Assembly: GCA_964460615.1 (NCBI GenBank)
Contig: CAYWPX010000011.1
Coordinates: 1 to 56,215 of the forward strand
Direction of reading: 5' to 3'
Origin: an uncultured Planctomycetia bacterium
GTDB taxonomy: Bacteria > Omnitrophota > Gorgyraeia > CAYWPX01
Length of the DNA: 56,215 nucleotides
Shown here: one piece after another, positions 10,073 to 19,301 of the stretch
Numbering within the stretch: the first letter of the stretch is position 1
Layout of the letters: the number at the start of each line of letters is the position of its first letter
Made by a program: the position numbers and the translations under genes
The notes under the pieces: model-generated
What the model was told of the DNA's origin: nothing
Database searches by the model: none
What the model saw: only the letters and a program-made list of their open reading frames with translations

Positions 10073-12361
10073 ATGTATAATCTAGAAAAAGAACTTCCTG
10101 TAAGGCTTTTAGAAGAAAGTCTTATATCAAAAGAAGCTCTATCGAAAATAGAAAACGAATGCGGAAGCCTGGGCATCCCGTTTTCTTCTTACATTGTAAA
10201 TAATAAAACTATTCCTGATGAAAAGCTGCTGCCTATTGTGGCTGAAATACTAGGTCTCTCCTATGTAAATTTAAAAGAGACTCCCATAGATAATAAAGCC
10301 ATCAAGGCTGTTCCGGTAAAGTTTGCGTGGTATTATGAGTTTATTCCTATACAGCTGGAAGGTTCGAGGCTGACGATCGCAGTAAGCTGGCCTTTAAGCG
10401 TTAGGGTGCAGGATGAGATTCGCCTAAGCCTTGAGTATAATATCAGTACGGTATTAGCAAAAAAGGACCATATTGTGGAGATGCTAAAAATACATTATGG
10501 CTTGGGTTCTGATACTGTTGATAAAATGGTCCAGCATACAGAGGGATTGGCGGAAACTATAGAAGCCAAAGTCCATGGCGAGTATGCTTCTATAGAAGAC
10601 TTGGAAAAGATCGGCGAAGGCGCTTCAGTTATAAAACTTGTTAACCAAATTGTCCTAGATGCTTATAAAAAGAGGGCCACTGATATACATATTGAACCGT
10701 TCAGGGATAAGATACGCCTTAGGTACAGGATCGACGGGGTGCTTAGAGACCAGAAGATACCGGAAAACCTGAGGCATTTTCTTCTTCCTATCCTTTCACG
10801 TCTGAAGATCATGTCAGGTTTGGATATTTCCGAAAGAAGGATCCCGCAGGATGGCAAGACCACTGTTAAGACGCAGGAGCAGGTCCTTGACCTTAGGCTT
10901 TCATTTATACCTACTCCATATGGCGAGAGCGTAGTAATAAGGATCCTTCCCAGAAAAGTTTTTTATAAATTGGAAAATCTAGGATTTTCAAACGAGGATC
11001 AAAAGACAATAGAGTCACTTGTAAAAAAACCAAACGGAATATTATTTGTTGTCGGTCCTACAGGCTCCGGTAAAACTACTACTCTTTATTCTTGCCTTGA
11101 AAAAATCAACAAAATCGAAAAAAAAGTTGTTACTATCGAAGATCCGATAGAATATGAGATCGAAAACGTTACACAGATCCAGGTCAATCCGGATGCCGGG
11201 CTTACATTTGCAGTCGGGCTTAGAAGTATGTTAAGACATGACCCTGATATTGTAATGGTAGGAGAGGTGAGAGACAGAGAAACCGCAGAGATAGCTATAA
11301 GAGTGGCGCTTACAGGGCATCTTGTGCTTTCAACCGTTCATACAAATGACGCGGCAACAGGCGCAACGAGGCTAATAGAGATAGGCATTGAGCCGTATTT
11401 GGTAGCGTCGAGTGCGGAGGCATTTATTGCCCAGAGGCTTGTAAGAGTTATTTGTCCTTCATGCAAAAAAGAGTATAAAGATATTGACCCCGAAATGGTT
11501 AAAGACATTGCTTCCAGCCTTTCCATAAAAGATTCAGGTAAAATTAAGATATTTAAGGGCGCCGGATGCGCACAGTGCAATTTTACGGGATTTTACGGCA
11601 GAGTTGCGATATATGAGATATTATTGGTGACTCAAAATATTAAAAGATTAATAATGGAAAAAGGCTCTGCTTTAGAAATAAAATCAGAAGCTATAAAAAA
11701 TGGAATGAAAACCTTGCTGCAGGACGGTTGGCTTAAAGTCGTGAACGGACTTACTACTCCCGAAGAGGTTTTAAATGTTTGTCATAACTCAAAAGAAGAT
11801 AGGGTGCTAGAGGATAATATACCTTCATTAAATGTTAATCAAGAGAATGAAAAAGAACTGGTTATAAAGGAAGAAAATCTTAAGCCTGGCCAAGATGAAA
11901 GAAGGGTGCATCTGAGAGTACCTAAAAGAATTACGGTAAGATTCAGGCTTATTGAAAAGGCGAATGGAGAAATAATTAAGTTAAACAAAAAGGATTCCAA
12001 CCAGAAACCACAGGATATTTTCCTGAAAGGATTGCTTGACGACCAGCTAGTCGAAAAAGTAGATTCGTCTAGTTTTGTCGAAGTTTTAACCACGACTACC
12101 AATATTAGCGGAGGCGGGATGTCATTCGAGTCGCAATATCTTATCCCCGCTGAATCGATCTTAGAGATAAATTTTAATTTACCAGGCGATAATGAGCAGA
12201 TCCACTGTTTAGCTAAAGTTGTGAGAGTGGAAAAAGATCTCCCAAAGACTTTTTATATAGCTGTGTGCTATCTTGACCTATCAGGTATAATGCGTAAAAA
12301 AATCACCGATTTTGTTAATAGTGAATTCTCAAAAAGTAAAATAATAAAACTGGAAACCTAA
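10073..12361 (+). CDS. gspE: GspE/PilB-family secretion ATPase with a C-terminal PilZ-like domain
   Basis: T2SSE_N-like N-terminus, Walker A GPTGSGKTTT, tetracysteine CPSC..CAQC. The C-terminal ~190 aa carry RxxxR (RVHLR, nt 11904-11918) and NxSxxG (NISGGG, nt 12101-12118). Confidence 0.85.
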   Translation: MYNLEKELPVRLLEESLISKEALSKIENECGSLGIPFSSYIVNNKTIPDEKLLPIVAEILGLSYVNLKETPIDNKAIKAVPVKFAWYYEFIPIQLEGSRLTIAVSWPLSVRVQDEIRLSLEYNISTVLAKKDHIVEMLKIHYGLGSDTVDKMVQHTEGLAETIEAKVHGEYASIEDLEKIGEGASVIKLVNQIVLDAYKKRATDIHIEPFRDKIRLRYRIDGVLRDQKIPENLRHFLLPILSRLKIMSGLDISERRIPQDGKTTVKTQEQVLDLRLSFIPTPYGESVVIRILPRKVFYKLENLGFSNEDQKTIESLVKKPNGILFVVGPTGSGKTTTLYSCLEKINKIEKKVVTIEDPIEYEIENVTQIQVNPDAGLTFAVGLRSMLRHDPDIVMVGEVRDRETAEIAIRVALTGHLVLSTVHTNDAATGATRLIEIGIEPYLVASSAEAFIAQRLVRVICPSCKKEYKDIDPEMVKDIASSLSIKDSGKIKIFKGAGCAQCNFTGFYGRVAIYEILLVTQNIKRLIMEKGSALEIKSEAIKNGMKTLLQDGWLKVVNGLTTPEEVLNVCHNSKEDRVLEDNIPSLNVNQENEKELVIKEENLKPGQDERRVHLRVPKRITVRFRLIEKANGEIIKLNKKDSNQKPQDIFLKGLLDDQLVEKVDSSSFVEVLTTTTNISGGGMSFESQYLIPAESILEINFNLPGDNEQIHCLAKVVRVEKDLPKTFYIAVCYLDLSGIMRKKITDFVNSEFSKSKIIKLET

Positions 12362-12367
12362 TAAAAC

Positions 12368-13585
12368 ATGGCAATATTTGAATATAAAGCAAAAAGAGGC
12401 CCTGAAGATATCTTAGAAGGCAAGATGATAGCCGATACTTCTGATGAAGTTGTAGAGAGGCTGAATGAGAAAGGTTATGTCGCATTGTCAGTCAAAGAAA
12501 AAGGTATGCAAGAGGGTGAACCTGGCCCTTTAATCAAAAGGCAATCAGCAAGATTAAGCTTAAAGGAAAAAATATTTTTTTCTAGGCAGCTTGCCAGTCT
12601 ATTGAAATCAGGTATACCTATTTTAAAAGCTCTTCAGATCCTTTCGGAGCAGACAAGTAATAAGAAATTCAGTGTTTGTGTTGATAATATGGCAAACGAC
12701 ATAAAAAATGGCGAAACTCTTTCCTCTAGTTTAGGAAATTATTCAAAGATTTTTTCACCGTTTTATTTAGCAATGGTAAAAGCCGGAGAAGACAGCGGAG
12801 AGGTAGATACTTCTTTATTTAGGGTTACCGATTATTACTTAAAACAGGCGGAATTTAACTCTAAAATCAAGACGGCGTTAGCTTATCCTATCCTTATATT
12901 GGTTGTAGGATTTTTTACCGTATTATTTATGTTTACGAATGTTATTCCCAAGATCATACCCTTATTTTCTGATTTAGGAGCCGAGCTTCCGCTTCCTACC
13001 AAGATTCTTATTTCAACCAGTGATTTTATTAGGAATCATTGGTTTAACTTGAGTCTTTTTATTATAATATTTTTAGTAATTGTTTTTAGGGTTTCAAAGA
13101 ATAAACTTTTGAATGCTTATTTTTCCATGATCAGGCTGAAAACCCCGGTTTTAGGTGATTTTATATTAAAAGCAGAATTTGCACGTTTTGCCAGGGCTAT
13201 GGAAATGGCGCTTCACGACGGTATTCCCATTATTAAGGCTATGGATATCTCAATACCTATTATTGGGGAGGAAATAATAAAAGAGGAGCTCTTAAGATCA
13301 AGGGATGAGCTAGAAAAAGGAAGTTCTTTGGGAGAAGTCCTTAAATTATCAAGAGTTTTTCCTCCTTTTGTATTTAATCTAATAAGTGTTGGAGAAGAGT
13401 CGGGTAAAGTCGAAGAGTCATTTACCAATATTGCTGAGTCGTACGAAAGTGAATGTTCCGATGCTTTAAAAATTATGACCACATTGATTGAACCTATAAT
13501 GGTATTAGGAGTCGGGCTTGTGGTAGCTTTTATAGTGAGTGCGGTGCTTTTGCCTATATTCCAACTTAATTTTGTAACCCAATGA
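12368..13585 (+). CDS. gspF: GspF/PilC-family inner-membrane platform protein
   Basis: 405 aa. Duplicated T2SSF-type domain architecture with 3 TM segments. Position directly after gspE. Confidence 0.85.
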   Translation: MAIFEYKAKRGPEDILEGKMIADTSDEVVERLNEKGYVALSVKEKGMQEGEPGPLIKRQSARLSLKEKIFFSRQLASLLKSGIPILKALQILSEQTSNKKFSVCVDNMANDIKNGETLSSSLGNYSKIFSPFYLAMVKAGEDSGEVDTSLFRVTDYYLKQAEFNSKIKTALAYPILILVVGFFTVLFMFTNVIPKIIPLFSDLGAELPLPTKILISTSDFIRNHWFNLSLFIIIFLVIVFRVSKNKLLNAYFSMIRLKTPVLGDFILKAEFARFARAMEMALHDGIPIIKAMDISIPIIGEEIIKEELLRSRDELEKGSSLGEVLKLSRVFPPFVFNLISVGEESGKVEESFTNIAESYESECSDALKIMTTLIEPIMVLGVGLVVAFIVSAVLLPIFQLNFVTQ

Positions 13586-13603
13586 TAATGAAAGGAACAT
13601 TAA

Positions 13604-14062
13604 ATGCTAAAAGTTTTATCGAGACAATTTTTAAAAGGCAGATTTATTGGATGCAATAGGTCAGCGTTTACGCTTATCGAGATACTGTTAGTGGTTGTGA
13701 TCATAAGTGCGCTGGCTACGATGATATTACCTAGGCTTGCCGGAAGGTCGGAGAAAGCGAAAGAGAATATTGCCAAGACCGATGTAATTGCTAATATTCC
13801 AACGGCACTTAAATTATATGAGCTGGATAATGGTAATTACCCCACTACAGAACAGGGCCTAAAGAGCCTAATAACAAAACCTAGCACCCAGCCAGAACCG
13901 CAAAACTGGAATGGGCCCTATTTAGACAGAAAATCCCTTGCGGATCCATGGGGAAGAGAGTATGTGTACAAGTGTCCAAGTTCCCATGGCCTTGATTATG
14001 ATCTTTATTCATTAGGGAAATCCGGTAAAGATGATGATAAGGTTATAGGGAATTGGCAATAA
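13604..14062 (+). CDS. gspG: Major pseudopilin, GspG type
   Basis: Prepilin N-terminus ..RSA/FTLIEILLVVVIISALA. GspG body motifs LYELDNGNYPTTEQGL, GPYL, DPWGREYVYKCP, YDLYSLGKSGKDD. Confidence 0.85.
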   Translation: MLKVLSRQFLKGRFIGCNRSAFTLIEILLVVVIISALATMILPRLAGRSEKAKENIAKTDVIANIPTALKLYELDNGNYPTTEQGLKSLITKPSTQPEPQNWNGPYLDRKSLADPWGREYVYKCPSSHGLDYDLYSLGKSGKDDDKVIGNWQ

Positions 14063-14066
14063 TTAC

Positions 14067-14474
14067 ATGACAAATAGGACAAATATATATATCCCTACTT
14101 CCAAAATTAGAGGATTTACTTTCCTAGAAGTTCTTCTTGCCATTTCAATTTTCTCTTTCGGGGCAATTTATATTTTTACGATTTTTTCAAATACAAGCTC
14201 GGCCATGAGGCATCTCGGCAATAGAGCAACTGCTTTTCTGATCATGGATACAAAGGTTTGGGACGCTAAAGCGTATCTGGATACAAGTATTATCCCGGGT
14301 GGTTATAATTTATCGAGTAAAGAAGGAAATAACCCTGAATTTAATTGTAAATCCAATCTTTCTAGGTTAGAGCAGTACTCAAATATGTACAAACTGGATT
14401 TAAACATATCCTGGCGTGAACAGAATAAAAACATCAGTCTTAATAGAATTATCTATTTAAAGAAAAAAACATAA
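14067..14474 (+). CDS. Minor pseudopilin (GspI/H-like)
   Basis: Prepilin-type N-terminus IRG/FTFLEVLLAISIFSF. 135 aa. Confidence 0.6.
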   Translation: MTNRTNIYIPTSKIRGFTFLEVLLAISIFSFGAIYIFTIFSNTSSAMRHLGNRATAFLIMDTKVWDAKAYLDTSIIPGGYNLSSKEGNNPEFNCKSNLSRLEQYSNMYKLDLNISWREQNKNISLNRIIYLKKKT

Positions 14475-14475
14475 T

Positions 14476-15087
14476 ATGATCTATAAAAACAAAACTAAAA
14501 ACTCTTCGTTTACTCTTATAGAGCTTCTTTTATCCATCTCTATTCTTGCTGTAGCAGGGATTGGGGCATATAGAGTGTTATCAAGCGGTATATCCTTTCT
14601 GAAGTGGCAGAAGAACTTTCGTTTGCATGGAGATGTCGATATATTTTTCGAAAAATTTGCATATGATATCCGTAACAGCTGTTCGATTAATAATATAAAT
14701 TTTAGCGGGGATAAAACTAAAGCAATATTTGCTTTTCATGATCCGTCAGTCAATTTTCTTACAACAAAAGATGACTTTGATCTAAAGAAAGATATTGATT
14801 TGCTTTTATACAAAGTAGAGTATATTTTTGTCGCTGATAAGAAAGAATTAAGGCGAAGAGTGTATAGCTTGAAATCAGGAAAGCTTTTAAAGGACTCACG
14901 TATATTATCAGGAGTAGATAATTGCACATTTAGTTATTTTAGATTAGATAATTTTACAGGTAAAATATCAAAAATCAGCTTTTTGAACGGTTTTTTCCCC
15001 ATGGGCGTAGAGATTACAGTAAACCTGATGGAAAATAATAAAACCGTAACCCTGATCGATATTATTGATGTTCCGCAAATCTCATAA
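14476..15087 (+). CDS. Minor pseudopilin (GspJ-like)
   Basis: Prepilin-type N-terminus KNSS/FTLIELLLSISILAVAG. 203 aa. Confidence 0.6.
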   Translation: MIYKNKTKNSSFTLIELLLSISILAVAGIGAYRVLSSGISFLKWQKNFRLHGDVDIFFEKFAYDIRNSCSINNINFSGDKTKAIFAFHDPSVNFLTTKDDFDLKKDIDLLLYKVEYIFVADKKELRRRVYSLKSGKLLKDSRILSGVDNCTFSYFRLDNFTGKISKISFLNGFFPMGVEITVNLMENNKTVTLIDIIDVPQIS

Positions 15088-15089
15088 TC

Positions 15090-16130
15090 ATGATTAATAT
15101 TAACAATAAATCTACTTCCGGCAGTGTTCTGATATTGGTTTTATGGGTTATTATATTTCTCTTATTCATGGTAATAAGTTCTTCACAATTTACCCGGGAT
15201 GCCATGAAGGTTTCGGAAAAGATCGAGGCTAGAAAAAAACTTTATGATATTGCTTACTCAGGCATATTAGTCTCGATTGAAACGCTCAAGAATTTAGATA
15301 AAAAGGACAAGGATAGGGGCGTTGATTCATTGAATGATTATTGGGCAAATGATCCGGGCGTTTTTAAGGATATGAGAATAGGAAATGGCTATTTTGACAT
15401 CATTTATAATTATCCCGATAATAAGGGAGGATTATCAGAGATAAAATATGGGCTTCTCGATGAAGATAGAAAAATTAATGTAAATTTTGGTAATTTCGAT
15501 ACGCTGAAAAATATTTTTATTAACGTAGCCGGTTTGAATGAAGATAAATCAAAATTAATTGCCGGCGCTATAATTGATTGGAGGGACGGAGACAATATCT
15601 TTTACTCTGAGGAAGAGGGTACTATGAGCGAAAGTGCTTATTATTCCAATCATGGCTATGACTATATGCCGGCTAATAGTGATTTTAAAATGCTCGAAGA
15701 ATTATTGCTTATTAAGGATATAGATCTAAAAACCTATTTAAAGATAAGAGATTATTTGACAGTTTATTCAAATGGGCAAATAAATATAAATACCGCTTCG
15801 AATAAAGTTCTTGCTTCCTTGGGGGTCCAAGAAGATCTTGTTGAAAAAATAATTGTTTTTAGGGCTGGGCCGGATGCTGTTGAGGGTACTTCAGATGATA
15901 ATCTTTTTACGGTTACGGATCAGATAGTGTCAAAACTGGCTTTGCATACCGGTCTTACTAATGAAGAAATTGAAAATTTAAGTAAGTATATGGTAGAAGG
16001 GTATTTTAGTGTTACTTCTGATTATTTCAGGATATTTTGTATAAGCAATTTGGATAAAGGGAGTTTATATGGTAGAATTGTTTGTGTATTTAGTAAAGAT
16101 GGTCATATAAAATATTGGAGTTATCAGTAA
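15090..16130 (+). CDS. gspK: GspK-like minor pseudopilin
   Basis: N-terminal GSVLILVLWVIIFLLFM lacks Glu5, as in GspK. Also D-W-R-D-G-D, ELLLIKDID, TVYSNGQININTAS..VL..LG helix-hairpin-helix-like segment. Confidence 0.7.
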   Translation: MININNKSTSGSVLILVLWVIIFLLFMVISSSQFTRDAMKVSEKIEARKKLYDIAYSGILVSIETLKNLDKKDKDRGVDSLNDYWANDPGVFKDMRIGNGYFDIIYNYPDNKGGLSEIKYGLLDEDRKINVNFGNFDTLKNIFINVAGLNEDKSKLIAGAIIDWRDGDNIFYSEEEGTMSESAYYSNHGYDYMPANSDFKMLEELLLIKDIDLKTYLKIRDYLTVYSNGQININTASNKVLASLGVQEDLVEKIIVFRAGPDAVEGTSDDNLFTVTDQIVSKLALHTGLTNEEIENLSKYMVEGYFSVTSDYFRIFCISNLDKGSLYGRIVCVFSKDGHIKYWSYQ

Positions 16131-16137
16131 AGAGCTT

Positions 16138-17589
16138 ATGATTAATCTATTTGGCGGAAAAAGAAACTTCATCAGTATTGAAATTGATGAAAAGTATATT
16201 AAGATGGCTCATACAAGAGTCTCTGATGGCAAAAATGAAGTTATGGATTTTTTTGTCCATGACGTATCCAATGCGCCAGAAGATAGCATTGCAAATTTAA
16301 TAAAAGATTTTGTTAAGAAGGAACGCATTCCTAGCCCTAATGTAGTAAATATTATTCCTTCTAATTATGCAATATCGAAAAATATCGAGATCCCTTCCGT
16401 TGATAAAAAAGAGATCAAGGATATCCTTGATCTTCAGGCGGGGCGCCATACGCCTTATTCAAGGGATGAGATCGTGCTTTCTTACTCAGATGTAGGTATT
16501 TCGCATGGCAGATATACTAAAATATTGTTGGTGATCGTCAAAAAAGATATTGTGACGAAACGCTATGATATCCTGAAAAAAGGTTCACTAAAAGCAAATA
16601 GCGCAATTTTATCATCCGAAGCTGTATCAAAATTATGCTATAAGGCAAGCCCCGACAGGCCGAAGAATAAGCCGATCGTTGTGATACATATTGATAGCAT
16701 TAATTCGGATTTTACAGTCTTAGTTAATAACAAAAACCTTTATCTCAGATCTATACCTATAGGTTCTATCTATCTTCTTTCGAGGCCCGAAGAATCACAT
16801 AAGTTGTTTTTAGACGAAATAAAAAAATCATTGGATTCTTATCAAGCGGAAAATATTGAGGCTAGCCCTTATAAAATTTATTTTGCGGGAGCAGGTGAGG
16901 GCGTTACTAATTTAATAGCTTCGGAGATTACCAAGCTGACAAATATCCCTGCAGATGTATTGCTCTATCAAAAGATCTTTTCAATGCCTCAAAAAGCTTT
17001 AGAAACGCTTCAGAAAAATAAATTCGTCTCGCCTTTATCTGTAATAGCCGCATCGGCGATTATTAACGAAATAGACCTCGACCTTGTCCCTGAAGAGGTC
17101 AGGATCAGAAAAGAGCTTAAAAAAAGAGGCAAAAAGATTACGGAACTCGGAATACTTTTTATGTCATGTCTTGTTATTTTTTGCGGGATATTTGTTACAA
17201 ATCTTTTCCTAAAAAAAGCGTATCTTCAGAAAATATCAGTTAGTTTTACAAAAGAAGAAAAAGAAGCGCTATCCCTTACCGAGATATCGGAAAGAACCGG
17301 GACAGCTAAGCGTTTTATAAATCAGAAAGGTGAATCTCTGTTTGTTCTTACGGAGCTTTTTAACGCGATGCCAAAAGAAGTATTTTTAAGTTCAATCGCG
17401 TTGAATCCGGACAATTCACTCGTTGTTACCGGTACAGCGGATAGTATGTCGAGAGTATTTTCTCTAGTGACTGATTTGGAAAATAACAAGTTATTTAAAA
17501 ATGTAAAAGTTGATTTTACTAAAACCAAACGAATCAAAGATCAGGAAGTCGCAGACTTCGGATTGACATTTTTTTTAGAAGGTAAATAA
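16138..17589 (+). CDS. PilM-PilN fusion / GspL-like assembly protein (cytoplasmic actin-like domain, one TM, periplasmic domain)
   Basis: 483 aa. N-terminal ISIEIDEKYIKMAH as in the PilM first beta-strand. TM GILFMSCLVIFCGIFVTNLFL near aa 335-355. Position in the cluster. Confidence 0.6.
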   Translation: MINLFGGKRNFISIEIDEKYIKMAHTRVSDGKNEVMDFFVHDVSNAPEDSIANLIKDFVKKERIPSPNVVNIIPSNYAISKNIEIPSVDKKEIKDILDLQAGRHTPYSRDEIVLSYSDVGISHGRYTKILLVIVKKDIVTKRYDILKKGSLKANSAILSSEAVSKLCYKASPDRPKNKPIVVIHIDSINSDFTVLVNNKNLYLRSIPIGSIYLLSRPEESHKLFLDEIKKSLDSYQAENIEASPYKIYFAGAGEGVTNLIASEITKLTNIPADVLLYQKIFSMPQKALETLQKNKFVSPLSVIAASAIINEIDLDLVPEEVRIRKELKKRGKKITELGILFMSCLVIFCGIFVTNLFLKKAYLQKISVSFTKEEKEALSLTEISERTGTAKRFINQKGESLFVLTELFNAMPKEVFLSSIALNPDNSLVVTGTADSMSRVFSLVTDLENNKLFKNVKVDFTKTKRIKDQEVADFGLTFFLEGK

Positions 17590-17590
17590 T

Positions 17591-18268
17591 ATGCCTAATC
17601 CTATAGAAGCTTTTATATCGAGCCTTTCATCAAAAGAAAAGAAAGTTTTGTATATTGCCTCCGGAGTGGTGCTTTTAGCGCTTGTGGATAGGCTTGTGAT
17701 CGGTCCCGTATTAAAAGAGTCGCATATGACCGAAGAGAAGATCGCAAACGATATAATGAATGCCAAGAAAAACACTCTTTTTTTGCAATACGAAGGGAAG
17801 ATAAAGGCGGAAGATAAAGACTATGAGATATACTATACGAAAGAAGGGTATACAGAGGAAGAGTTGATTGCAACCTTTTTAAGCGAGGTTGAAGATTTTG
17901 CAAAATCAGCGAAGATTGCCCTTACCAATATAAATCCTGTAATTAGTGAGGAAAGAATGGGTTATACTCAGTTTAGCCTGACTATAGAATGTACTGGGTT
18001 AATGAAGAGTATTGTAGATTTTATTTATAATATAGATAGTTCCAAAAAACCAATAAAGGTAAGTTATTATAATATTTTGCCTAAGGACAGGAATACTTAT
18101 GAAGTTAAATGTACCATTACAATTATAAAAGCAATAATAATTCCAGGGCAAAATAGCGCAGTTAAGATCTCTGAATCAAAAAAAGAGACCCCAAGGGAAG
18201 CCCCAAAAGATGCTTCTAATAGCTCCGGTAAGGATGGGGCTGCTGTACCTAATGCCGAGAGCAAATAG
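17591..18268 (+). CDS. PilO/GspM-like bitopic assembly protein
   Basis: Single TM (VLYIASGVVLLALVDRLVIGPVL) then a ~150-aa periplasmic domain. 1-nt gap from the upstream gene. Assignment rests mostly on context. Confidence 0.4.
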   Translation: MPNPIEAFISSLSSKEKKVLYIASGVVLLALVDRLVIGPVLKESHMTEEKIANDIMNAKKNTLFLQYEGKIKAEDKDYEIYYTKEGYTEEELIATFLSEVEDFAKSAKIALTNINPVISEERMGYTQFSLTIECTGLMKSIVDFIYNIDSSKKPIKVSYYNILPKDRNTYEVKCTITIIKAIIIPGQNSAVKISESKKETPREAPKDASNSSGKDGAAVPNAESK

Positions 18269-18292
18269 TGCTAATAGTAAATTGGTGAAAAT

Positions 18293-19297
18293 TTGATTAG
18301 CTATAAAAAGATTTTCATAATATCGGTTCTGTGCGTGCCCATTTTTGCGACGTTGGCGTTTTCTGCGGTTATCAGCCCAACCCTAATAGAGATGGGTAAA
18401 GAGGCTGAGGGTTTATTTCAGAAGGGGTTTTATGTCGAATGTGAACTTCAGTGTAAAAAAATTCTGGAAATAGATCCAAATTTCTTCTATCCTTATTATG
18501 TTTTGGGAAAGATATATGCCCTGAGGGAGGGGCAAGAGGAGAAGTCGATCTTATATTTTTCCAAGGCAGTCGCTCTTAGCCCCGGCCAGATAGATATTTA
18601 TAACAGTATCGCCTATTTAAATAATAAACTCAACAGATTCGATGAAGCGATATCCATTCTCAAACAGGGCCTTAAATTGGATCCGACCAATTTTGAGATG
18701 AACCTTAATCTAGGCATAACATATTTGGTTAATAAACAGCAACCTTATGAAGCTGTTGAGTATCTTAAAGCAGCTGAATCCAAAAAGCCTGCTTATGACA
18801 GGGTAATTTATCTAGTTGGGGTAGTGTACTTTTTGACAAACCATGAAGGTTTAGCTGTGGATTATGTTACTAAATTAAGGAAAATAAAGAGCGATTTTCT
18901 TGCGAATCAATTGGAAGCTATTATGAGGCCGAAGGAAGAGATGAAACCTGCCACGGTAGATATGGCAGAGGTTATGAAAAACTATATTAGCCAACCTAAA
19001 TCCGGCCAGCAGATTATTACCCAAGATGGTAAAATAATGGTAATGCCGCAGGGCATCAAACCCGGTAAAATTACAATAGGCCCCGCTACTACGACCGGAA
19101 CCGGTGAAGGCAAGATTACTATTAAGCAGGAATACAGACAAAAAACCGCGGAAGATGATAAGCCGTCCGGCGAAACAAACAAAACTATTGAAAAGTCCAA
19201 TAGACCCGCAAATAGTAATGAAAAAGACCTCGAAGCCGATGAGCCAGCCTCAAATATTGATACCTCTGATCAAGATAAGCCCCTTGTTGCTAATTAA
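18293..19297 (+). CDS. TPR-repeat protein with signal/anchor sequence and low-complexity C-terminal tail (possible pilotin or PilF/PilW-like factor)
   Basis: TTG is the first canonical start after an in-frame TAA at 18278. N-terminal hydrophobic IFIISVLCVPIFATLAFSA. TPR-like repeats (..YYVLGKIYAL.., ..YNSIAYLNNKLNRFDEAI..). Confidence 0.6.
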   Translation: MISYKKIFIISVLCVPIFATLAFSAVISPTLIEMGKEAEGLFQKGFYVECELQCKKILEIDPNFFYPYYVLGKIYALREGQEEKSILYFSKAVALSPGQIDIYNSIAYLNNKLNRFDEAISILKQGLKLDPTNFEMNLNLGITYLVNKQQPYEAVEYLKAAESKKPAYDRVIYLVGVVYFLTNHEGLAVDYVTKLRKIKSDFLANQLEAIMRPKEEMKPATVDMAEVMKNYISQPKSGQQIITQDGKIMVMPQGIKPGKITIGPATTTGTGEGKITIKQEYRQKTAEDDKPSGETNKTIEKSNRPANSNEKDLEADEPASNIDTSDQDKPLVAN

Positions 19298-19301
19298 CTT
19301 T

